From Acidobacteriota bacterium (GTDB taxonomy: Bacteria; Acidobacteriota; Vicinamibacteria; Vicinamibacterales; CAVVIG01): a DNA stretch of 64,000 nt. The position numbers and the translations under genes are program-made. Below are positions 47,853 through 56,966 of this stretch, piece by piece. How positions within the stretch are numbered: the stretch's first letter is position 1; every line of letters begins with the position of its first letter. Where the stretch lies: NCBI GenBank assembly GCA_040007095.1, contig JBDTVS010000192.1, positions 16,552 through 80,551 of the forward strand, written 5' to 3'. The notes under the pieces are model-generated. The model had not been told where the DNA came from and made no database searches. It worked only from the letters and a program-made list of their open reading frames with translations.

Positions 47853-47916
47853 GGAACGAGAGTGTAGCAGACCCTGGACCAGTGGCCTGTTCCGGTGGTT
47901 GTACTCCAGCGCGCGG

Positions 47917-48693
47917 CTATTTACCCACCAGGTGCTCGACGTCCCTGTTGTTCTCCTGGCAGATGTATTCGATCAACTCCCCCTGCAGGAGCGACGGATG
48001 CGTCGTGAACGACCATGGCCGCGAGAAGGTTTTTGGATCCTCGATCGTGTGCTCGATGTCGAGGTGGCCAAAGTCCGGCCGGCGGATGCGTTCGGTGACC
48101 TTCATCTCCGTGGAATGGGGAACGCCGGCTGCGTCGAGCCAGGAGATGTCGTTCTGCCCGATGGTCTCGACGACCAGCGTGTCCCCATCCCAGCGGCCGA
48201 TGGAGTCGCCGAGCCAGGTGAATTCGACTCTCGGATCGTGTCCACGCCCGTCCATGAAGATCTGCCGCCAGACGTGCGCTCCGCCTTCGTACAGGATCGC
48301 CATCAGCTTCGGTGTCTGCACGATGGTCCACGGATAGGGCGTGGTGCTCATGCGCGGCACGCCCGGCGGGAGGCATCGGGCTTCCGGATCTTCCCGGCCG
48401 AGGTTTTCCTTGTACCGCTTGTAGACCGCTTCTGCCGCGGGCAGCATCGGTACCTCCACTCCCGATCCGACGAGATCGACATTCTGGCGAATGGCGTTCG
48501 GTTGCCAGTTGCCTGATAGGTCGGGCTTTCCGTCCGGCGTTCGCGGTGTCGGGCCGGCCGGCGGCCACGTTGGCTTGGTCGCTGCCGCACCTGCCGCGCT
48601 CGGGGCCTGGCCGGCGGTGGCTACATACGCGGTCCCTTGCAGAGTAACCGCCGCGGCAATCACGGCGATCACGTATTGAGCATGTGTCTTCAT
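47917..48693 (-). CDS. secreted WEGDTLVV-type family protein (tandem paralog)
   Basis: Motifs are ARCLPPGVP..GRWDGDTLVVETIGQNDISWLD..VTERIRR..TIEDPKTFSRPWS..YICQENNRD. Its start lies 1 nt after the upstream gene's stop. Confidence 0.85.
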   Translation of the reverse strand: MKTHAQYVIAVIAAAVTLQGTAYVATAGQAPSAAGAAATKPTWPPAGPTPRTPDGKPDLSGNWQPNAIRQNVDLVGSGVEVPMLPAAEAVYKRYKENLGREDPEARCLPPGVPRMSTTPYPWTIVQTPKLMAILYEGGAHVWRQIFMDGRGHDPRVEFTWLGDSIGRWDGDTLVVETIGQNDISWLDAAGVPHSTEMKVTERIRRPDFGHLDIEHTIEDPKTFSRPWSFTTHPSLLQGELIEYICQENNRDVEHLVGK

Positions 48694-48694
48694 C

Positions 48695-50140
48695 TTAGAA
48701 GTCCACCTTGGCTACATCACCGAGAATCATCTCGCGGTAGACCGGCAGCGACCAGCCCGATTTCTCGAGCTCGGTCAGGCGTTTCTCCACCTTGGCCCGG
48801 TAGTTCTGCTTGCTGCCGTAAAGCTGCTTGAGCTGCGCCTTGGGGAAATCGACCTGGAAGGCCGCCAGACCGCACATCTGGTTCGCGGCCTGCTGTCCGC
48901 CTTTTGCGACGTAAGCGCTCGCGTTCGGGATCACAGGGACCGCACCCTCGTTGGGCACCCCATATCGCGCCGTCGGGACATCCACGTAGGTATTCCGGAC
49001 GCCGCCGCGAGGATTCCCAAGTTCGTCGAGCACCATCGGCGATCCGTCGCTCTCGTCCCGGTCCTTCCAAATCCGTGTCGATCGCGGCGGGACGATGCCC
49101 TTGTCGACCCACTGGAAGAGGTGATGCAGCGCGACGGACATGAACGCCTGCTCAGGGAAGTGGCTCACCGGCTGCTTGCACGGATCCGGGTGCAGGCGCA
49201 CGTTGTCCCGGCCGTCGACGTGACCGATGCCGGCGAACTCGTAGACGCGGTACTGATCGCCCGGCCCATCGCCGTCCTGCCGTCCCGTCACGTTGTTCCC
49301 TCTCACCTCGAGCATCGTCGGCACGTGGACGAGCGGCACGTCGACCTGCTGGATCACCGATCCGTTGGACGTCGGCAGGAACCCATCGTAGATGCGCTGC
49401 ATGTCCGGCGTGCGGAAGACCATGTGTGCCGGCAGATATTGAATCAACGTTCCCGCCGTCGCCGAGGTGCCGGCCAGAATGACCTTGCGGACCTGCAACC
49501 CGGCCATCGGTCCGGTGGCGCTCTTCGCTTTGATCAGCGCACCGACCTGCGCCAGGATCTCGCTCGGTTGTCCCGGTGCGACAGACAGGCCCGCGTAACG
49601 CTGCGGATTCGCGTCGATGACCTGCTGCAGACCGCCGGTGACGACCGCGACGGCCACATGTCCCGACGTCATCGAGTAGATCGAGGTGAACTCGAACATG
49701 TGGTCGGAGCCGCTCGGGTGCATCGGCTCGGTCAGCACGAGTCCGCTGAACGAGGCGAGATTCGAAGGTCGTCGCACGACGAGGCGCGTCTTGTACGGCT
49801 GGCCGTTGGCGGTTCCAGAAATGAGGTACTCGCGCGCCTCGTACTTGTACTTGTCCAGACCGTGACCTGGCGCCAGCGACTGCACCGATTCGTAGGCAGG
49901 CCCGGGGCCGGTGATGAGATCCGACACGGTCGGCAAGGCGACGGCCGTCGGCGACTGCGGCAGATTGACGACCGGCGCGGCACCGCGCCCGCCGCCCTCT
50001 CCGCGCCCGCCGCCCTGCCCGCGCCCGGGTCCCTGAGGCGCCCCGGGGCCCTGCGCGACCGCCGGGGCGGACAGGATCGCGATCACCGCGCCAGCGACGG
50101 CAGAGGACATTCCCAACACAAGACTGCGACGCGCTTTCAT
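48695..50140 (-). CDS. secreted alpha/beta-hydrolase-domain protein (Abhydrolase_10-like, uncharacterised)
   Basis: ATG at 50140 with AGGAG 6 nt upstream. A signal peptide is followed by a Gly/Arg-rich linker GPGRGQGGGRGEGGGRGAAP. The family assignment is by memory of the ~480-aa 'alpha/beta hydrolase domain-containing' group and is tentative. Confidence 0.6.
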   Translation of the reverse strand: MKARRSLVLGMSSAVAGAVIAILSAPAVAQGPGAPQGPGRGQGGGRGEGGGRGAAPVVNLPQSPTAVALPTVSDLITGPGPAYESVQSLAPGHGLDKYKYEAREYLISGTANGQPYKTRLVVRRPSNLASFSGLVLTEPMHPSGSDHMFEFTSIYSMTSGHVAVAVVTGGLQQVIDANPQRYAGLSVAPGQPSEILAQVGALIKAKSATGPMAGLQVRKVILAGTSATAGTLIQYLPAHMVFRTPDMQRIYDGFLPTSNGSVIQQVDVPLVHVPTMLEVRGNNVTGRQDGDGPGDQYRVYEFAGIGHVDGRDNVRLHPDPCKQPVSHFPEQAFMSVALHHLFQWVDKGIVPPRSTRIWKDRDESDGSPMVLDELGNPRGGVRNTYVDVPTARYGVPNEGAVPVIPNASAYVAKGGQQAANQMCGLAAFQVDFPKAQLKQLYGSKQNYRAKVEKRLTELEKSGWSLPVYREMILGDVAKVDF

Positions 50141-50603
50141 AGTCTGCTCCTGCAAGTGTGCTCGGATCGTGACGAGCGACCATGGTGTTCTCTCACTATG
50201 ACAATGTCAACCACGAGCGTCGGAATAGGAGCGGGATCGGTGGATCGTGTTGTCCTTAGGACCCGGGCGGGAACAAGGCTGTCAACTGTGGTCGAGGCGC
50301 CCGCCCGGCAAGGCGCGAGGAGCGAGCCTAGCGGGACGATGTCAGCGACGGGCAACGCAGCCCAGCGGGATACATCGGCGGCCAGCATGGCGCACCGACT
50401 TCTTGACCAGCCCTGAAGTTGAGCTTTGACACTGAAAGGCTGTTGTGCATAGAGTCGCCCTGCTCCTCACGTGGTCTGACGTGCTGTGCGGTAGCGCACA
50501 ACGACAGGCGAGGCTCTCGGCAGGTGTGTCGGGGTCGAGTTCTGGCGGGCCGTCCAGCACCGGACACCTGGTCGAAATACGTCGTTCTCGAAGCGAGGTG
50601 CGT

Positions 50604-53600
50604 ATGCGGACGTTGGCTGTCTTGCTTATGCTCGTCGGTTTGGTCCTGATCCCGGCGGCTGCGCGCGCGCAGGCCTCGATCGCGGGCGTGGTGAAGGACG
50701 GGTCAGGCGCCGTACTGCCTGGCGTGACGGTCGAAGCGGCAAGCCCCGCTCTGATCGAGAAGACGCGGTCGGTTGTGACCGACGGCACGGGCCAATACAA
50801 GATCGTGGATCTGCGGCCTGGCCCGTACACGGTGACGTTCACACTGTCGGGGTTCAGCACGTTCAAGCGTGACGGGATCGAGCTGACGGGATCGTTCACG
50901 GCGGCAGTCAATGCCGATCTACGAGTCGGGCAGGTGGCGGAAACGATCACGGTGACAGGCGAGTCGCCGATCGTGGACGTGCAGAATGCCACGCAGCAGC
51001 GCGTGCTCACGAAGGACGTGCTCGACACGATCCCGTCCGGCCGCAGCCCGACGAGCTTCGCCATCCTGGTTCCGGGCATGACGGGCACCAACGACATCGG
51101 CGGGTCGAACAACCTCAACCTCACGTCGCTCTCCGTTCACGGCGGCCGGGCCATCAGTCAACGGGTGATGATCGACGGGCAGTCGATTGGGAGCGCGTCG
51201 GGTGCCGGCGAGAGCACCAACTTCCAGCCGGACATCACGGGCGTGCAGGAGATGTCGGTCACCTACGCGGCCGGCTCGGCCGAGCAGTCCTTCGGCGGCG
51301 TGCAAATCAATCTGATCCCGCGCGAGGGCGGCAACTCGTTCAAGGGATCGTTTTACGGCACCGGCACGAACTCCTCGTTCCAGGGCCACAACATCACGCC
51401 GGATCTGATGGCCCAGGGGCTGACCGCGTCCAACCGCATCAATGTCATCTACGACGTCAATCCTGGCGTCGGCGGGCCGATCATGAAGGACAAGTTGTGG
51501 TTCTTCTCGGCGGCGCGATTTCAGGTGACGAAGACCTACCTCGCGGGCATCTGGTACAACCTGAACGCGGGCGACCCGACCAAGTGGACCTACGCGCCGG
51601 ACTACGACAACCAGGCGCAGCTTCCGCTCTCCCAGAAGAGCGTCAACACGCGGCTGACGTGGCAGGCGACGCCGCGCAACAAGCTCAGCGCGTTCAGCGA
51701 CTTTCAGGTGCGCAAGTGGGACCAGGCCGCGAACACGCGCTCGCCGGAGTCGCCCCAGCACTACGACTTCCCGCAGACGCGTCTCACGACAGCCGGGTGG
51801 TCGTCGCCGGTGACGAACCGGTTGCTCATCGACGTCCGCGCGTCCGACGGTCTTCAGGGATTCAACGACCGCTATCCGGATCCCAACTATGACGGACCGC
51901 TCACCTTCGGCGGGCCCATTCCCGCCGTCTACAGGTCGCTGATTACGGTTACCGAGCAGGGCGGGTTGATCCCGGGTCTCATCTATCGAGGCGCAGGCCA
52001 GAGCGCGGCGACGCAGCCCTTCATCGGGAACAAGAGCTGGATCTTCGGCCTGCAGGGCACGGTCTCGTACGTCACGGGCGCGCACGCGTTGAAGTTCGGG
52101 ATTGGGGACACGTGGGGCGAGCGCGACGTGACCTACAACAGCACGACGTCCGGGCTCACCTACCGGTTCAACAACGGCGTCCCGAACCAGCTTACGCAGC
52201 AGGCGACGCCGTACGAGTTCTTCAACCGCATCGGCGGCGAGTTCGGCGCGTTCGTCCAGGACAGATGGACGATGAAGAGGCTGACGCTGAACGTGGGCGT
52301 GCGGTACGACACGCTGGATCTGCACTTCCCCGCAACGCACCTGGGACCTGGGGTACTCGTGCCGACGCGCGACCTGACGCTGCCTGACACCCCGTACATC
52401 AACTGGAAGGATCTGTCGCCGCGCCTGGGCATGGTCTACGACCTGTTCGGCAACGGGAAGACGGCGCTCAAGGCGAACATGAGCTACTACGTGATCCCGC
52501 AGCGCACGTCGAACGACTACTCGACGATGGGCAATCCGGTCAACGCGCTGGCCCAGTTGGTCCCGCGCTCGTGGAACGACAGCACGTTTCCCGTCGGCGA
52601 CCCGCGCCGCGGGAACTTCACTCCGGATTGCGACCTTCTCAACCCGCTGGCCAACGGCGAGTGCGGACAGCTCACCGACGTCAACTTCGGCAAGCCGATC
52701 GCGAGCACCAGGACCGACCCCGACATGATCCAGGGCTGGAACAAGCGGCCGAACGAGCGCGAGTACGAGATCAGCCTGTCGCATCAGCTGCTGCCGCGCA
52801 TGGGCGTGGACCTCGGCTACTACCGGCGGACCTATGACAACTTCACGGTCGTCGACAACCAAGCCGTGGCGGCGTCGGACTACAGTCCGTTCAGCATCAC
52901 GGCGCCGCTGGATCCGCGGCTGCCGGGCGGCGGTGGCTACGTGATCAGCGGCCTCCAGAACCTGAACCCGAACAAGGTCGGGCAGGTCGACCAGCTCTTC
53001 ACGCGCGCCAAGAACTACGGCGAGCAGTACGAGCACTGGAACGGCGTCGACGCGTCGCTCAACCTGCGGCTGCAGAAGGGCATCATCCTGCAAGGCGGGA
53101 TGAGCATCGGCAAGACCTCGACCGACAACTGCGCCGTCGTCGCGGCGGTGCCGGAGAGCGCGATCGCCGGGACGAGCAACAGTCCGCTCTACTGTAAGGT
53201 AGACACGCCCTTTCTGACCCAGGTCAAATTCCTGGGCACCTACACCGTGCCCAAGGTCGACGTGCTGGTTTCGGCGACGGTGCAGAGCCTGCCGCCGCCG
53301 AACATCACGGCGAGCTATGTGGCGACCAACGCCGTCATCCAACCGTCGCTCGGGCGGCCGCTGTCGGGCGGCGCGGCCAACGCGACGATCAACCTCATTT
53401 CGCCGGGCGTCTACTATGGCGAGCGGATCAACTCGATGGACCTGCGGCTTTCGAAGATTGTCCGCCTGTCCAATCGGCGCCTGAGCCTCAACCTCGAGAT
53501 CTATAACGCGCTCAACGGAAGTTCGGTGGTCACGTTGAATCCCAACTTCGCCACCTGGCAGGTGCCGCAGCAAATCCTGCTCCCACGCTTCGCGAAGCTC

Positions 53601-53621
53601 GGCGTCCAGTTCGACTTCTAA
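50604..53621 (+). CDS. TonB-dependent receptor with carboxypeptidase-regulatory-like domain
   Basis: ATG at 50604 with GAGGTG upstream. Signal peptide MRTLAVLLMLVGLVLIPAAARAQA, then IAGVVKDGSGAVLPGVTVEA..GQYKIVDLRPGPYTVTF. The C-terminus is ..LGVQFDF. Confidence 0.9.
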   Translation: MRTLAVLLMLVGLVLIPAAARAQASIAGVVKDGSGAVLPGVTVEAASPALIEKTRSVVTDGTGQYKIVDLRPGPYTVTFTLSGFSTFKRDGIELTGSFTAAVNADLRVGQVAETITVTGESPIVDVQNATQQRVLTKDVLDTIPSGRSPTSFAILVPGMTGTNDIGGSNNLNLTSLSVHGGRAISQRVMIDGQSIGSASGAGESTNFQPDITGVQEMSVTYAAGSAEQSFGGVQINLIPREGGNSFKGSFYGTGTNSSFQGHNITPDLMAQGLTASNRINVIYDVNPGVGGPIMKDKLWFFSAARFQVTKTYLAGIWYNLNAGDPTKWTYAPDYDNQAQLPLSQKSVNTRLTWQATPRNKLSAFSDFQVRKWDQAANTRSPESPQHYDFPQTRLTTAGWSSPVTNRLLIDVRASDGLQGFNDRYPDPNYDGPLTFGGPIPAVYRSLITVTEQGGLIPGLIYRGAGQSAATQPFIGNKSWIFGLQGTVSYVTGAHALKFGIGDTWGERDVTYNSTTSGLTYRFNNGVPNQLTQQATPYEFFNRIGGEFGAFVQDRWTMKRLTLNVGVRYDTLDLHFPATHLGPGVLVPTRDLTLPDTPYINWKDLSPRLGMVYDLFGNGKTALKANMSYYVIPQRTSNDYSTMGNPVNALAQLVPRSWNDSTFPVGDPRRGNFTPDCDLLNPLANGECGQLTDVNFGKPIASTRTDPDMIQGWNKRPNEREYEISLSHQLLPRMGVDLGYYRRTYDNFTVVDNQAVAASDYSPFSITAPLDPRLPGGGGYVISGLQNLNPNKVGQVDQLFTRAKNYGEQYEHWNGVDASLNLRLQKGIILQGGMSIGKTSTDNCAVVAAVPESAIAGTSNSPLYCKVDTPFLTQVKFLGTYTVPKVDVLVSATVQSLPPPNITASYVATNAVIQPSLGRPLSGGAANATINLISPGVYYGERINSMDLRLSKIVRLSNRRLSLNLEIYNALNGSSVVTLNPNFATWQVPQQILLPRFAKLGVQFDF

Positions 53622-53652
53622 CGGGCGCGCGCATTGTTCGAAATCCGATGAT

Positions 53653-53686
53653 GAACCACAAAGGGCACAAAGGGCACAAAGAAGAG
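53653..53686 (+). repeat. family 3 repeat (tandem 9-mers, GGCACAAAG type)
   Basis: GAACCACAAAG-GGCACAAAG-GGCACAAAG-AAGAG, 32 nt after the TBDR stop. Confidence 0.65.
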
Positions 53687-53854
53687 TGTTCGGCTCAGCC
53701 TAACGCCTTTCGGAAATTTGCTGCACCGACGAAAATGACCAAAAAATGGGTCGCGGAGCTGCGCCTCTGTACACCTGACCCGGAGAAGCGGTTTCCCGCG
53801 GCGCCGAGCTGTTCGGTGGAGCGACCTGTTTTCTGGTCATGCTCGCAAATCGTC

Positions 53855-54649
53855 TCACCCGAACGTGCCGAAGCGGCTTCCGGACGCGTAGCGTCGCAAC
53901 CCGCGGTTGAATACCGTGACTGCCGCGGCTGAATAGACGATGACCGCGCCAATCAACACGCCTACCCCTTCAGCCGACGGGTGCTGCACCACGCGCGCCG
54001 GCACGTAGCCGACGAACCCGGCCGGGAGCACCGTAAACAACAGGAACCGAAGCACGCCGCCGAACAGCGGCTCCGGGTAGAGCGAGAACATCACGACCAC
54101 CTCCCACAGCTGCCGCGCGAGCATCTCGACCCGGCCGAGCCAGAACGTCAGGCTGTAGAAGATGATGCCCGACGCCAGGAACACGATCGCGCTGCCGACG
54201 ATGGCGGCCGCGACGATCGGGACGGCGGTCCAGGACACCCTGCCGGACCACACGATGAACGCGATCCCCGACAGCATGTCGCCGAACCCGGACGCCTGCG
54301 ACCGCATCCCCACCGCGTAAAGGAGGACCGGTTTCGGTTGCACGAGGAGCGTATCGAGCTCGCCGTCGGTGATCCAACGCGCCAGGTGGCGCACACCGCC
54401 GCCGACGCTCACCGCGAGGCCGACGCTCGCCGCCACCACGCCGAACAGCACCTGGATGTCGCCGAGGCGCCATCCGCGCAGATCGGGGACCCGCCGCATC
54501 AGCGCCCACCAGAACACGAAGAACGCGACGTTGTTCAACGCCATGAACACGACCTGCATGATGAATGCGCCGCGCAGCATCAGCGACGCCTTCAGGTTGG
54601 TCGCGAACAGGGCCCGAGCGAATCGAAACGTCTGTGAATATGTCGCCAT
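53855..54649 (-). CDS. ABC-2 family transporter permease (DUF990-like)
   Basis: Start at MATYSQTFRFARALFATNLKASLMLRGAF. It has six predicted hydrophobic segments and is the third gene of the ATPase-permease-permease operon. Confidence 0.75.
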   Translation of the reverse strand: MATYSQTFRFARALFATNLKASLMLRGAFIMQVVFMALNNVAFFVFWWALMRRVPDLRGWRLGDIQVLFGVVAASVGLAVSVGGGVRHLARWITDGELDTLLVQPKPVLLYAVGMRSQASGFGDMLSGIAFIVWSGRVSWTAVPIVAAAIVGSAIVFLASGIIFYSLTFWLGRVEMLARQLWEVVVMFSLYPEPLFGGVLRFLLFTVLPAGFVGYVPARVVQHPSAEGVGVLIGAVIVYSAAAVTVFNRGLRRYASGSRFGTFG

Positions 54650-54760
54650 CGTGCACGTCCACAATTCGAAGAGCTTGCGGAATCTCGACAATCAACGCGG
54701 AGCCCGCTGTCAGAAGGCGGAAACCGGTCACTACATACGACTGGGAAAACGCCGTAGCCC

Positions 54761-55555
54761 TCAACCGCCGTTCACCGCGAGCGCATGCGACGCGCGCCGG
54801 AACAGAAAGCCGACGACGAAAGCCGTTGCGACACCCCACGCCGCGAGATCCCTCGCGAGCAGGCCAGGCGCCGCCGCCTGACCTTCGAGGACGAACGACG
54901 CCGGGCCCGCGAGAATCGAGGGGAACGGCGTGAACGCCGCGAAGCGCTGAATGACGGGCGGATACAGCCGTATCGGCATCATCAGCCCGCCGCACACGAA
55001 CAGCACCTTCTGCCACACCCAATACACCGGCGCCACATCGTCGAGCCAGAACGCCGTCAAACCGATGACGATGTCGAGCGCGGTGAGGAGCACGGTTGCG
55101 ACCAACCCGAACGCCGCGATCAGCAGGAGCACGCGAAACGGCGGAATCCAGCCGGTGTAGGCAAATGCGCACAGGAATGCCACGACGCCGAGCACCGGGG
55201 CGCGCGCCGCCACCATGCCGACGCCCTCTGCGAACATCGCGCCGACGTACGAGATCGGCCGTCCCAGCTGGTAGACGACGTCGCCGCGGCGGACGGTCTC
55301 CTGTATCTCCAGATGAAGCTGTGGCGTGCTCATCAGGATCCACTCCGTCGCCGCGACGTACCACAGCAGCGTCCTCGGCGCTGCTTCCGCCATCAACCCA
55401 CTCTCGCCCGCGGCGCGCCAGAGGCTCGAGAGGACGCCGAGAATCACCGTGAAGAACACCGCGCGGCCATACAGCTCCCCGCGATCGCGGCGTGCGTGCG
55501 CGAGCGAGATTCGGACGAACGCGAGGTATTTCTCAGCCGCTGGCCAGGTCAACAT
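54761..55555 (-). CDS. ABC-2 family transporter permease (DUF990-like)
   Basis: Start at MLTWPAAEKYLAFVRISLAHARRDRGELYGR. It is a multi-TM protein and overlaps the end of the ATPase gene by 23 nt. Confidence 0.75.
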   Translation of the reverse strand: MLTWPAAEKYLAFVRISLAHARRDRGELYGRAVFFTVILGVLSSLWRAAGESGLMAEAAPRTLLWYVAATEWILMSTPQLHLEIQETVRRGDVVYQLGRPISYVGAMFAEGVGMVAARAPVLGVVAFLCAFAYTGWIPPFRVLLLIAAFGLVATVLLTALDIVIGLTAFWLDDVAPVYWVWQKVLFVCGGLMMPIRLYPPVIQRFAAFTPFPSILAGPASFVLEGQAAAPGLLARDLAAWGVATAFVVGFLFRRASHALAVNGG

Positions 55556-56555
55556 GGTTCCTCCTCTCCGCGTCCGCACACATTGTCTGGATCACGACGT
55601 CGAGCGGCGCATCCTCCACGACCAGATCGCGAAGCGTCCCCTGCCGCAGCACGGCGTCCACGACGTGACCGAGCGCGGTGATCTCGACGTCGACTTCCAC
55701 GTCGGTCCTGAAGGGCACCGACGCCACTATTCGCACGCCTGGAAGATCGAGTGCCAGCCGCTCGACGTCGCTCCAGACGGTCACCCGCTTCGTCGTCAGA
55801 TATCGCTGCCGCAGAGCGGACAGGTCGCCGTCCCACAGCAGCCGGCCCCGGTGAATCACGATGACGCGATCGCAGACGCGCTCGATGTCGCCGGTGTCGT
55901 GGGACGTCAAGAGCAGGGTCAAGCCCTCGCGCTCGGACTCCGCACGCAGAAGCCCCCTGATCGTGGTCTTCGCCGAGACGTCGAGACCGATCGTCGGCTC
56001 GTCGAGAAACAACAGGCGCGGCGCGTGCAACAGAGTCGCGGCGAGCTCGCAGCGCATGCGCTCGCCCAGGGACAATTGGCGCACCGGCGTATCGAGTAGT
56101 GCGCTCAGCTCGAACAACGCCACCAGTTCCTGCAGGCGCCTGCGGTGCGTACGCGCGTCGACTTCGTAGACGCGCCGCAGCAGCTCGAACGTATCGCGGG
56201 GAGGAAGCTGGTACCAGAGCTGCGATCGCTGACCGAACACCGTCCCGACGCGAAACGCGAGACTCCGGCGCTGCCGCGAGGGCGACATGCCGAGCACGCG
56301 GACCTCTCCTCGGTCGGGGTGAAGAATGCCCGCCAGGATCTTCAGCGTCGTCGATTTGCCGGCGCCATTCGGTCCGATGAAGGCGACGCGTTCGCCTGGC
56401 ACGATTGAGAACGACAGGTCGTCGACCGCGATCACCGAACGTGTCTGCGGCGCGACGAAGTCCTTGATGCGCGCGGCAAGACCGCTGGCGCGCGGCCGGC
56501 GGACGGCGAACGATTTCGACAGCCGGTGCAGGCTGACGGCGGGCGCAGGATGCAT
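55533..56555 (-). CDS. ABC transporter ATP-binding protein
   Basis: ATG at 56555 with GAGGAG 7 nt upstream. Walker A GPNGAGKST, signature LSLGERMR and Walker B LLFLDEPTIGLD. The track 5' extension covers the family 1 repeat and is not coding-like. Confidence 0.88.
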   Translation of the reverse strand: MHPAPAVSLHRLSKSFAVRRPRASGLAARIKDFVAPQTRSVIAVDDLSFSIVPGERVAFIGPNGAGKSTTLKILAGILHPDRGEVRVLGMSPSRQRRSLAFRVGTVFGQRSQLWYQLPPRDTFELLRRVYEVDARTHRRRLQELVALFELSALLDTPVRQLSLGERMRCELAATLLHAPRLLFLDEPTIGLDVSAKTTIRGLLRAESEREGLTLLLTSHDTGDIERVCDRVIVIHRGRLLWDGDLSALRQRYLTTKRVTVWSDVERLALDLPGVRIVASVPFRTDVEVDVEITALGHVVDAVLRQGTLRDLVVEDAPLDVVIQTMCADAERRNHVDLASG

Positions 56556-56602
56556 GGCGACGCTCCTCGTCGCCCTAGGCAGCCCCTGGCAAAAGTCCGT
56601 CT

Positions 56603-56695
56603 GCATTCGGCGAACGCTGCATCCCGCCTCGCGGCGTTGCTCAACGCTCAAATACTCCCGGTATTCTCGCGTTTCGCGCCTGGCGATCCGGGCGC
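56603..56695 (+). repeat. conserved intergenic element, family 1, copy C
   Basis: See copy A for the alignment. The hairpin AATAC-TCCCG-GTATT carries a compensatory T:A to C:G change relative to copy A. Confidence 0.8.
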
Positions 56696-56750
56696 ATCGC
56701 CCGCCTCGGTGCGACGACGGACTTTCACCACAGGCTGCCAGGAGCTCCCT

Positions 56751-56788
56751 GAAAAGCAAAACGCCCTTCCGGAAACTCCGGAAGGGCG
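56751..56788 (-). terminator. rho-independent terminator
   Basis: A perfect 11-bp stem CGCCCTTCCGG / CCGGAAGGGCG with a 5-nt loop is followed on the minus strand by TTTTGCTTTTC. It lies about 180 nt downstream of the stop at 56967. Confidence 0.75.
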
Positions 56789-56966
56789 TGATGGGTGGAT
56801 CCAGTTACAGCACCTCCGGCTTATGTGGTGTCCTCCGGGTACAGCTCGCCCGTTAGGCCGAACGAGCCGTTGCGAATGACGCCACTCATAGCCGATTGAT
56901 GCATAAGACGAGTCACAGTATGCGCGGATCGTTTCGGTCAGTCAAACGTATTTGATGTACTGCGAG

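Noticed and set aside
50919-53573. 884-aa minus-strand ORF
   Set aside because: It is antisense to TBDR 50604-53621 and has the same shadow-frame composition. The same reasoning applies to 9295-10659, 28xxx-30775, 32836-34464, 40716-42038, 42120-43757, 44131-45681, 26526-27812, 23573-24745, 19847-20878 and 58610-60271.
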